Shown here one piece after another: positions 37,844 through 48,000 of a DNA stretch of 60,277 nt (position 1 is its first letter; every line of letters starts with the position of its first letter). The notes under the pieces are model-generated. The model ran no database searches. It saw nothing but the letters and a program-made list of their open reading frames with translations, and was not told the origin of the DNA. Both the position numbers and the translations under genes were made by a program. Source of the stretch: a virus (lineage: Duplodnaviria > Caudoviricetes); IMG/VR virus record IMGVR_UViG_3300045954_000073, positions 1-60,277 of that record; one strand, written 5' to 3'.

Positions 37844-38248
37844 ATGGTTAAAGAAAAGTGGAATCTTCATTCGATTCCTGCTCCTAAATACAAACACATG
37901 AAAGCGACATTTTCTTGGCGTGTTCCTTATGTAGTTATCGTTCACGAAGGAGCAACGCTAAAAACCGGAACCGTAATACATCCCCGTCCTTGGACACAAG
38001 TAGCTATTTCTGAATACGATTTTTTGAAGCAATATGCTTTTAACTTTGGCAAAAATTATGATTTTAGACAAGCATTTATCAATGTTTCCGAAGAATTTGG
38101 CGGTGTTTGCCAGGATGCGATCGCCTCCCCAATCTGGGAGTGGGATAGAACTACTTTTCGCCGCAGTGGCGAAGTGGCAACTAGCCCTAGAAACATTGTG
38201 GACTTGGGCAATTTGCGTGATTCCTACAGGCTAGAGTTTAACTTTTAA
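37844..38248 (+). CDS. Putative neck / tail completion protein
   Basis: VPYVVIVHEG...PRPW and IVDLGNLRDS motifs. Confidence 0.65.
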   Translation: MVKEKWNLHSIPAPKYKHMKATFSWRVPYVVIVHEGATLKTGTVIHPRPWTQVAISEYDFLKQYAFNFGKNYDFRQAFINVSEEFGGVCQDAIASPIWEWDRTTFRRSGEVATSPRNIVDLGNLRDSYRLEFNF

Positions 38249-38251
38249 TTT

Positions 38252-38626
38252 ATGAATGACATCGAGTTGAAAAATAAACTATTGGAGGTGATTAATAATG
38301 AATTAGGTTATTACAGAAATAATCAAAAGTCTATTTGGGTATATGGCTCAGTTAGCCAACCTCCATCCTCAAGTGATGGACTAGAGTGTTTGATAAAGCA
38401 GCAGCCAAATGGCGTTGCTCAAGCGGTAAGCGGGGCTAAAAAATATAAGCCTCAGATGTGGGAAATCACACTCAAAAACTACAAGCCGTCATCAAAATTG
38501 GTGGAGGCGATTGCAAAAATTGAACTCGAATTCATCGTTAATAGCTGCAATCATATTCCTGCTACTAATGAAATTTTCGAGCAAGCACGGATTTTAATTT
38601 TCGATCCAATTGTTATTTCAAGGTAA
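38252..38626 (+). CDS. Putative tail terminator
   Basis: Size and position before the tail tube. Confidence 0.5.
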   Translation: MNDIELKNKLLEVINNELGYYRNNQKSIWVYGSVSQPPSSSDGLECLIKQQPNGVAQAVSGAKKYKPQMWEITLKNYKPSSKLVEAIAKIELEFIVNSCNHIPATNEIFEQARILIFDPIVISR

Positions 38627-38628
38627 GT

Positions 38629-39231
38629 ATGTCAATAAAAGTTCAGTTAAGTGAGCAAGAAATCATCACTAAACCAGTTTCTGTCGATTTAGTGCCAGGA
38701 AGGGTAGATGTTTCTGTTGTAGGTAATGAAACTAGAGTTTTTATTCCCTTTAATCTAGCGCCAGTCAGTCCTGCGCCCATTGAAGTTAGTTTTTCAACTG
38801 TTGTAGATAGTCCCACGATTGTGGCTGTAGCGGGTGAGAACGTATCCCCAATCGTTTTTGGATGTGTGGTCGCAAGTGCAGTTTTTCCAGCAGGGACAAC
38901 TGTGTTGGTAAAGAATATTAATGATGATGTTGCACAATTTATTCTAAGCAACAATGCGATTGAATCTGGTGTTTTTGTGTTGAAATTTCAGCCTCCTGAA
39001 GTTTCACCTACGGTGCTAGCGTATTTGCACACCTACAAGGAGAATCCTGAAAAAAATGGGCAGATGCTGGTGAATACCTTGCTGTTGTTTTACGACCTCG
39101 ATAACTACCCAGAGACTGCGACTCCTGACAACGCCGATAAAATAATCAACCTTGTCACTGAACAACAATCTGATTGGGCCCCTGTTGATATGGAGAAAAT
39201 CTTAGGTCTTTTGAAATTTAATCAGGTGTAA
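38629..39231 (+). CDS. Hypothetical virion-region protein
   Basis: 200 aa; shares a beta-rich segment with 40170-41270. Confidence 0.6.
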   Translation: MSIKVQLSEQEIITKPVSVDLVPGRVDVSVVGNETRVFIPFNLAPVSPAPIEVSFSTVVDSPTIVAVAGENVSPIVFGCVVASAVFPAGTTVLVKNINDDVAQFILSNNAIESGVFVLKFQPPEVSPTVLAYLHTYKENPEKNGQMLVNTLLLFYDLDNYPETATPDNADKIINLVTEQQSDWAPVDMEKILGLLKFNQV

Positions 39232-39232
39232 T

Positions 39233-39934
39233 ATGCCAGAAGCAGTAGGCTCAGTTATTCTTGCCAATACTGGGCTTGATATTCTCATGCTCCCTTTGGG
39301 GAGCCGAAATCCTACCCGCCGCACCATCACAGCTACAGCGCAGGCTAATGTTGGTGCTACCTCTATCACTCTACAAAGTTCAGCTGCTAACACAGTAGTG
39401 AAGGCAGGAACCTGTTTGAGTTTTGCAACAGCTAGCCCCACAGAACGCCAGTTAGTGGTGCTAGCAGAAGACGCAACGATTGGAACCACTCCTGCACCTG
39501 TATCCATAATTGGATTAGAAAAAACAGTCGCAGCCAACTCCACGGCAAATTTTGTTGTTGGCTTACTACCTCTGTACGGTATTCAGTCCTTCGAGCTGAG
39601 TTCCAACGACCAAACCGTAGACGTGACTAACACGCGATCAGGCTTTGGAACGGAAAACGTTAAAGTCCGGTCAGGTCGTCAGTATCAAATCTCTGGGGTG
39701 CAAGTACCAGGAGATGTGGGACTGGAACTTGTCAAAGACATTAACCTCAATCCTGCCTTCTACAGACGGGAGGCTTGGACTGTCATTACCTATCCAGATG
39801 GTGAGAAGTACGAGGGAGCGTCAATGATTATGAACTTCTCTCAGCCAGGGAACCAAAACGAGGTAAAAAAATACAGTTTCCAGCTACAGTTCCAGGGTGA
39901 TCCGATTTGGACTCGCTCTTACTACCCTGCTTAG
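39233..39934 (+). CDS. Major tail tube protein
   Basis: TVDVTN, ITYPDGEKYEG, KYSFQLQFQGDP; position. Confidence 0.8.
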   Translation: MPEAVGSVILANTGLDILMLPLGSRNPTRRTITATAQANVGATSITLQSSAANTVVKAGTCLSFATASPTERQLVVLAEDATIGTTPAPVSIIGLEKTVAANSTANFVVGLLPLYGIQSFELSSNDQTVDVTNTRSGFGTENVKVRSGRQYQISGVQVPGDVGLELVKDINLNPAFYRREAWTVITYPDGEKYEGASMIMNFSQPGNQNEVKKYSFQLQFQGDPIWTRSYYPA

Positions 39935-39936
39935 TT

Positions 39937-40227
39937 ATGTTGTATGACCTTTTGTGGGACAAATCAAAAGTTTTTGTTTGTTTGGTTAATTGCCGAATTC
40001 AAGGCAATCATCTTTGCTGTGGCGCTGCTGCTTTTCGCGGTGGACTATCAGGAGAAATTGCTGTTACTGATGGCAAGCAAGAATTTCTAATCAAAGTCCC
40101 GCAAGAGGTTAAAAAAAATGCTACTTATCAAGTTTTTTCTAGTTCAAATGACAGATTAGAGATTGAATTATGTCACCCAAATTACCGCTCAGAAGAAAAC
40201 CCACCAAGGCAGAGCCTTACTGTGTAG
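39937..40227 (+). CDS. Hypothetical protein
   Basis: ATG at 39937 just after the tube stop. Confidence 0.55.
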   Translation: MLYDLLWDKSKVFVCLVNCRIQGNHLCCGAAAFRGGLSGEIAVTDGKQEFLIKVPQEVKKNATYQVFSSSNDRLEIELCHPNYRSEENPPRQSLTV

Positions 40228-41270
40228 GAAATGAAGAAGTCGGATATTTGCATTTACTGAAGAAAGGTTTTGTCACTGTCGGTGAACGGGATGTCATCGG
40301 CGAATTCGAGATTGACCGGCAGCAAGGATTGCAAGCAATCAGTAGGCTGCTTAAAAAAATAGCTGCAGATAGAGGAATTACTCGCCAACAGGCTCGTGAG
40401 TTGTTGTTTCCGAATAGAGAAAATCAATCTGCACTGCCTGTATTTGTTGTTTGTACTGCGATCGCCAGCAGATTCTCTCTTGAGTCTGTTGAAAACTTAG
40501 ACAGTGTGAATATTGGCGATTATGTTTCTGGGCGCGGCATTCCCAAGGGAACTGTCGTTGATGGCAAAGATGGCAACCAAATTGCTATTAGTCAGCACGC
40601 TACTGAGTCAGGCTTGTTTAAGTTGAGTTTCTCAGGTATTAATCCTGATGCTGAAACTTCAGACGACATCCTCCTAGAATACCCAGATGAGGCAGAACAG
40701 CTTAATAAATTGGGATTAGCAACAGCGAAACTCAAGAATTTTGTTACTACGTTGTTTATTCAGGAAAGGGTCTTATTCCCTATTGAGTTGACTCAAGAAG
40801 CGCCAATCAACTCCACCCATCTGAATATTCAGCCTGCCACCGCTTACTTAAAAGATGGATATCAAGTCAAATTCGGGAACTGTATCGCCACCGTTCAAGG
40901 AAACCACGATCTAGATGCCGAGCTTATAGCAGTTGCGCCAACATCAGAACGATTGCCTGCTGGCGCAGTCGGATTCCTCTGGTTCCCAGAGATGAAAGCC
41001 TACCTCAGAGGCATGGGTGACTGGACGAATGAGGATACTAAAAATTTAGACGAGAGGCTAGTCGATGAAATATTTGATTTCTATCAAAATGAGCGTTCAG
41101 GATGGCCCAACACCGCAGAAGCAGCAGAAGCAAGGGGAGACAATAAGGGGGAGCGGACGAATCATCCGCAATTGGAACCGGAACCGCAATCGACTGGAGT
41201 CAACTCTATTGGCGAATCCAATCCTACCGTCTTGCGGATAGCAGATTTGCAGATTGGTGCAGCTTCTTAG
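40170..41270 (+). CDS. Tail assembly chaperone G-like (unusually long)
   Basis: Between tube and tape measure; G-run slippery site near the 3' end. Confidence 0.65.
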   Translation: MSPKLPLRRKPTKAEPYCVGNEEVGYLHLLKKGFVTVGERDVIGEFEIDRQQGLQAISRLLKKIAADRGITRQQARELLFPNRENQSALPVFVVCTAIASRFSLESVENLDSVNIGDYVSGRGIPKGTVVDGKDGNQIAISQHATESGLFKLSFSGINPDAETSDDILLEYPDEAEQLNKLGLATAKLKNFVTTLFIQERVLFPIELTQEAPINSTHLNIQPATAYLKDGYQVKFGNCIATVQGNHDLDAELIAVAPTSERLPAGAVGFLWFPEMKAYLRGMGDWTNEDTKNLDERLVDEIFDFYQNERSGWPNTAEAAEARGDNKGERTNHPQLEPEPQSTGVNSIGESNPTVLRIADLQIGAAS

Positions 41271-41560
41271 AGCAGCCAGATTGGCTGATATTTGAGGTTA
41301 TTGAGCATCAGGAAAACTTTAGGCGAGAACAGGCAAATATAGCAGCCTACACTGATGCAGTCGGATGGGCTGGATTATTTAACGGCTTTGCTGGCAAGAA
41401 CGACGACAAGTGCAGCCCATCCGACCTACTGCCATTCAAGATGGAAGCAGACAAGCCAAAACGGGTAAGTGATCGCACCAAGAAAATCATTCTTGAAGCG
41501 TTCAATCAAGGTAGGCTTTCTCCGTTTCTTACCTCATCTCTGGTGATGTTACTTGATTAG
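41147..41560 (+). CDS. Tail assembly chaperone T-like frame reached by -1 frameshift (not in ORF track)
   Basis: The -1 frame opens right after TAA 41144-46 at GGGGGAG and stays open 137 codons (IDWSQLYWRIQSY...LLD*) with no early ATG. Confidence 0.8.
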   Translation, partial: GGADESSAIGTGTAIDWSQLYWRIQSYRLADSRFADWCSFLEQPDWLIFEVIEHQENFRREQANIAAYTDAVGWAGLFNGFAGKNDDKCSPSDLLPFKMEADKPKRVSDRTKKIILEAFNQGRLSPFLTSSLVMLLD

Positions 41561-41590
41561 TCATTGATCATTAGTGTTAAGAGGGTAATT

Positions 41591-41905
41591 ATGTTGCTGA
41601 AACCATTTACGAATGATACTGGCATTGGTGGATGTGGATATTGCTTTAAATGTCCAGGATGCAAGGATTGGCATTGTTTGTCCGTGCGTCCAAACACTTT
41701 ACCTAATGGTGCTGGATGGGTATTTAATGGTGACTTTGAAAGACCCACCTTTCAACCTAGTGTTTTGTCAACAGTGACTTTTGAAAGCGGGGAAAAGGAG
41801 GTCTGTCATTTGTTTGTTACTGATGGCAATTTAATATTTTTGGGTGATTGCACTCATGAGCTAGCAGGAAAAACACAGCCAATGCTGGATTTTGCTAACC
41901 CGTAA
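41591..41905 (+). CDS. DUF6527-like Zn-binding protein
   Basis: CPGCKDWH...WVFNGD.ERPTFQPSVL...CHLFVTDG...DCTH. Confidence 0.65.
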   Translation: MLLKPFTNDTGIGGCGYCFKCPGCKDWHCLSVRPNTLPNGAGWVFNGDFERPTFQPSVLSTVTFESGEKEVCHLFVTDGNLIFLGDCTHELAGKTQPMLDFANP

Positions 41906-42020
41906 AACCTTTTCGCAGCAAGAGATTGAGCAACGTGATACTCATTTTTGCTAAATTGCCAAACCACCAATTTGGGTAACCCAAGGAAGTGCTAAGGAAG
42001 TGCTTCAGTCACAACCACTC

Positions 42021-42046
42021 TCCTCATGATGAATTCATCATGAGGA
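42021..42046. repeat. Dispersed palindrome, perfect 26-bp copy upstream of the tape measure gene
   Basis: TCCTCATGATGAATTCATCATGAGGA. Confidence 0.95.
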
Positions 42047-42074
42047 AAGTAAATCTATTTAAGGGAAAAGTTTT

Positions 42075-45000
42075 ATGAAATTAGGGGAATTGCTGATCGA
42101 ATTTGGCGGCGACTTCTCGCAGCTTGATAAGGACATAGCAGAAGCCAAGCGCAAGGCCTCTGCTTCTGCGCGTGATATTGAGCAAATTTTCAACAAGAGA
42201 TTGAGAATTAATGTTGACGACTCCCCATTAACTAGGCTGAACAAACACCTTGATTTAAAAGTTCGTCACCTGCAGCAAGTTCAGCAAAACTTTAACAGCA
42301 ACCCCCTAACAATTAAAACTGATGAATCCAATCTGACTAAACTCAACAAAGCTTTAGGTAAAATCGAGTCTAGTTCTAATGTGCAGATATCCATTAAGAC
42401 TAATCATAAATCAAGTGACCTTAAACAAGATTTTAATCAAATAACTGATGATATTGGTGATGAATTCGAGAAAGTAGGCGATCGCTTAGTCAAAGCTATC
42501 AAGAAATCTGGCAAGGGTGGTATTTTTGATGCTGTATTTGCCATTCCTAAAAATATAGGAGTGGGATTCCAAGAAGGTATAGGGAAGGTTTTTGCTGATA
42601 AGGTTGCCTCTGGCTATGTGCGATCGGTTGAGAGTAAGTTTAAAGTTTCCCTGCGTGATTTAGGCAAGAAAAATGCTGATAGCGTAATAGATGCCGGAGG
42701 TAATACCACTAATTCAGTATTAAATAAGCTTGGGATGAAGAATGGCGCTGATGATGTAAAATCGGGCGTTCAAGCAATCAATAATCAATTCAGGCAACTA
42801 GTTCCCGAAGACGTAATTAACGCCAAATTGACCCGTGTAGAGAAAAGATTTGGTAAGTTTTTTGACGATTTGACTAAGCTCAAATCTGCAGATGTAAACC
42901 TGAATAATCTATTGGGATTAGCTCAAGAAATTAGTTCAATCCCTAAAATACCGATTGAATCGATGCGTAATCGGCGTAAATCGGCGTTGTCAGAAATTGC
43001 ACAAAATATTAGAAAAGAGGCGAGGACATCCCATTCCTCTATAGAAGTTGACAAGGATGCTGAATACCTAACCTTTGTCAGTGGTGGCTATGCAGGGAAG
43101 CAAGGCAAAGGCTCCCACGACGCAGCTAAAAAAATGGGGATGTTGCTTGGAGACAAACACCAAGTAATTCCGGTAGAAGATGTTTACACAGACGTTAGCA
43201 GTCCAATTGGTGAACAGGGCGCTTTGCGCTGGTCAGCCGAAGCATTAATGAAAACATTAAAAACGCCTTTGAAGCATGGCATCAATCCAGATGCTGTGAC
43301 TATGGCAACGCAGGCTTACCAGGCACACTTGCAAGATCCCACAAAGCCGATTAGAGCCGCTGGCTATTCAGCTGGCGGCTTTGTAGTTAATGATTTTGTG
43401 GAGATCATGAAAGAACTAGGGGTGAAAGATGTAAGTGCAGTTTCAATGGGTACGCCTCACTACGGCGTCTTGTCCAATAACAAACCCAATCAATACACCC
43501 CAATACTGGGGCAAGATGATGGGGTTATGAGGCTTGGTAAAATAGGAGCAGTTTTCACAGGTGGCTTTGCACCCAACATGCAAACAACCAGTGTCAGTGG
43601 GCATGAATTATCGAGTTACCTTGCCGATCCTCAATCTCAACATTACTTTCTGCAAGGATTAGAGGGAGCGAATTATGAAAAGCGTTCAGACGCTTTCAAT
43701 AATCCTGATACTTTTCGGATTTTAGATTATAAAAAAAATATTGAAAAAGCACTTGCTGGAATTGAGGAGATTTTAGTCAATCCAGTAGCAGATCAAGGTT
43801 TGCAGCAGCAAATACTGAGTGCGAATTTGGAAGGCATTAAGCAAACTAAATCTGATATTGATGAAGTTTTACAAAAATTAGATAAAGAAGTAATTGCCGA
43901 CTTTCAAGAATACTATGATGCACTGCTGGAAGCTGAAGCAGTTTTGCAAGATTTGATTGGTCAATCTCAACCTAAGCAGGTAAGTAAACCTCAAGGCACT
44001 AATGCGCCTTCTAGGAATGATGTTGAGCAATTAATGATGGGCGCTCAAAAAAGGGATTTAGAGCTAATAGCACCTGCATTTGGCATCAAAAATGCAGGCA
44101 AAATATCAAAGCAAGACTTAACACAATCGCTGCTAGATAAAGCACCATTAGAGATACTCAAGCAGCGATTGCCTTTTATGGTAGAGCCTAGTCAGCAGGT
44201 GCTGGACTCCATCAGTAAACGTGCAGCATTAGATCCAGATGCATTAAAGACGGTTACACAAGCAAGTTCTATAAATTTATTGAAACGATCTAGACAAGCT
44301 ACTAGAGGCTCAGAATTAATCACTTTGTCCAGTGATATTGAGCGTGAATATCAAATAGTTATTGGTTTGCTAGGCAAAAATTTATCTGAAGATTCCAAGA
44401 GAATCTTGCAAGGTGCAAAATTAACTTTGGGGAAAGCTAGGAAGCTAGCTATTCAAAATGCAGTTGCAGAAGTTAGTGAACAATATCAGCAACGTCAAGC
44501 AAGCCAGTCAAACCAATCTCAAGGCTTGGCTAGAACAAGCAACCCACTAAACCCATTATTGAAACTGCGGCAAGATGCATTGAAGCAAATGCGTCAGAAC
44601 TATAAGCAGGTATTTAGTGAATTAGCCAGCTTGACCAATTTTCAATTTGACGCCAACAAACTGCCTAAGTTGGTAGTTGATGAAACATCGCTACGCAATA
44701 TAGGTGCTGATGCTTTCTACGACATCGAAAAAAACCAAATATTAATTAACAAAGAAATTTATAAGGCGTTGCAGAAAACTCCTCAAGAATTAGCCAAAGC
44801 TGAAAATATACTTGAGATATTAGCCCATGAAGCACAGCACGTATTTCAATCGAATTACGGACAATTGTCGCTTGATGATTTAGTTGCTGGTAACTCTGCG
44901 GTTCCATTAGTAGATCCGTCTGCAGCGTCGCAAAAATCACGACAGGAGGCAAGGCAGAATGTCAAGCAAGTAAGGCGTGATACAGGAATATCATTTACCC

Positions 45001-48000
45001 GTGCCAAAGCTATTGAACGCTTAGAAATCGATGCTTATGAAGCTGAAAAGAAAGCTTCTCAGGTTGCAGTTAAATTGCAGGGAGCGGCGCCATCAAGGCA
45101 GGAAACCTCAGATGCGATTGCTTCAACTTTAGATAATATTTCTAAAATAATTCAAGAGTTTATACAAAAAATAGATTCTCTCGCACCGCAGATTAGAACC
45201 AACTTTATAGCCATTACTAAGGCTATGAATAATGGCTTGCAAGGATGGTTTGTATCTATCAAAGAAAAGCTCAATTTAATAATTAATCCGCTTCCTGAAA
45301 CTGTTGCAGATCCTTCTCAAGGATTGGCCAGGTCATCAGGCAAAACACGACGTATGCCAAATATGCGCCGTGCTCAACAATTCGCCGGAGACGTGGCTAG
45401 ATATGCTCAAGTGTTGGCATATAATGCCGAAACGCAAGCAGATGAAGCTACAGAAGCGTCAAGCACAAGATTAATTAATCGGATAGTACCCAGAAAAATC
45501 AGAAGGAAATTAGCCGCAGGCAGCGAAAAAGCAGAACAAGGCTTTAACTATTTAAGCGAAAATATACCAGGCTTTTTTAAAAACCCTGTGATAGATAAAA
45601 TTCTGACCTACACCTTGAAATTTAACATTAAGGGTTGGTCGGATGTTGTTGATGAATTTTATCGAGATTTAAATAAATTTTTCGCGTTTGTGGAGAAAAA
45701 GGCTGGTAATTCTCCATATTTAGGAGATTTTTTGAAACAGGCAACGGGCGGAGTCAAAAATTTATCTTTAACGCTTGTTGCTGGCACTGCTGTATTTTTC
45801 CGATTTTTCAGCATGATGAAATACATCGGATATTTACAGCAATTAAATGCTGTAGCTGTCATGGTTGCTACTACATTTGAAGGATTAAATAAACAATTCA
45901 TATTATCGGCAAGAACGCAAACACAGGGCATGGCGGCTTTAGAGCAGGCTATGTCGCTAGCTAAAGAACTGAGATTGAGTAGACAAGAACTTGTCACTGG
46001 AGGAGCGGGTATCCAAGCTGGTCTTAGACCACAAATCATTGATCAAATAGAAATCACTAAGTTTCTACAAGCTGCTACTCGCACAGCTAGAGTTTATGGT
46101 AGTACCCCCCAAAGTACGCAGCAGATCATGTCTGGTTTTGGGCAGATAACCCAAGACACTACCCTAAATCAACAAAGTTTTTCTCAACTACAAAATTCTG
46201 TGCCAGATGCTCTTTCTATTGCTGCTAGAGCGGCAAACACGACGGAAGCAGAATTCAGAAAGATGCTGGATACGGGCAGTGTCATAACCAATGAGTTTAT
46301 CCCACTGTTTACCAAGCAATTAAATGTCGAAGTCGAAACTGCTGGTAAATTAAGTTCGGCATCTGACACAATGGTTGCAGCTAATCAGCGATTGACAAAT
46401 GCTTTTGAGGAATTGCAGCTATCGTTCTCTGGGTTCCTGATTCCAATTAATAAGTTTGCCACCAATACTTATGCGGCAGCTGTAGAAAATGCTGTTGGAG
46501 TTACTTCAACTTTTAGCGCCGCATTGCAAGGCTTGGCGGCATGGGGCATTTATAAGTTTGCACGGGCTTTGGTTATGCTTGTTGGGCATATTCTAACGGT
46601 CGCTAAAGCTATTCCAGGATTAAGCATGGCGCTTCTTGCGGCGGGAAGAATTGCCCAACAAGTACTTTTTCAAACAATCCCTATTATTTTAAAGGTTACT
46701 AAAGAGCTTTTAATTTTCCAATTAATAGTTGACGGATTAACTATTCTCAAGGCTCGATTTTCTGATGCTGGGGGCAGTATTAGAGAATTTGCTGATTTAT
46801 CTATTAAAAATTTACGAGAACTAAAAAAGTCTCTTGATGATGTTAGCAATTCGACTCAAGCCATAGGTGATTCTCTCCCAAAAAAATCTTCCGAAATTAA
46901 AGGCAAGTCTTATTTGGAGGATACATTTTTTGGGGGAATAATTCCCAAAGAATGGGCAAGAAATATAGAAGATTTTGACAGAAATAGAAGAAATGTTGTT
47001 GATGATTATGCCCAAGAAAAGTATGGCAAGAATCGTCAAGATCAAGATTTATTTAGAATAAAATCTAGATCAGAAAAAGAAATGGAGGATAGGGGCAAGG
47101 CAACTGAGGAACTTGTCAAAACCTCCTCAGAACGAATTACCCTTGTTGGACAGCAGTTGCAACCAGGATCTGAATTATCTAGGGTCAAAGACCTCAACAA
47201 ACAAATTGATGCGATCCAAGGCAAAAGGCGAGCGATCTCTATTACCGATCCTAGTAACTCCAAACAGATAGAAAGTCTGCAGCGTGAGGAGTTGAAATTG
47301 CTGCAAGAAAGAGAGCGGCTTGTCAAGCCAGTAGAATTAATCGGATCTGGATTGGCGACGGACATAAAAGGCTTTAAAGAAGCCTTGATAGCTTACGACG
47401 AGATGGCTGCTAACGGCTTGATCACTCAAGATGAGTATGCAAAGCGAAATCAACAGCTTACTGATGCTTTAGAAAAAGCAGAAGATGCTCAAAAGCAGTT
47501 TAATAAAACAATGGAATATTCACTCACTCCGTTACAGGCCTTTGATAAGGTATGGAACAAAATTGCCAACAATTTATTAGATAGCAAGCTATCCATTGAG
47601 CAGGTGTCTAATTCACTAAAAACAGGTGTGGCAAATCAAGAAGCATCAGGGGATTTGTCTTCGGCCCAAGCCGGTTATATTAACTCCACAAGTCAGCAGA
47701 AATTATTGGGGCAACAGATTAAAATCACCGATTCTACAATTAAGCAGATGTATGGTGAACTGGAAGCTCAAGGTTCGGCAGAGATTTTTGCTAATTTAGG
47801 TATCAATAAAGAGACTGGCGTAAATCAGATTAAATCCCTCTCAGAAAAAGCAATAAACAGTCCTAGAGAAAAATCTGTACTTGACAAATTTGCAGAAATT
47901 AAAGGACTAGAACAAGAATTGTCTGGTTTGGAGCGGCAATTAGCAGAGGAAAGAGCCAACCTGCAACGCCAAATAGTGGATTTAACAAAACAGGTTGCCG

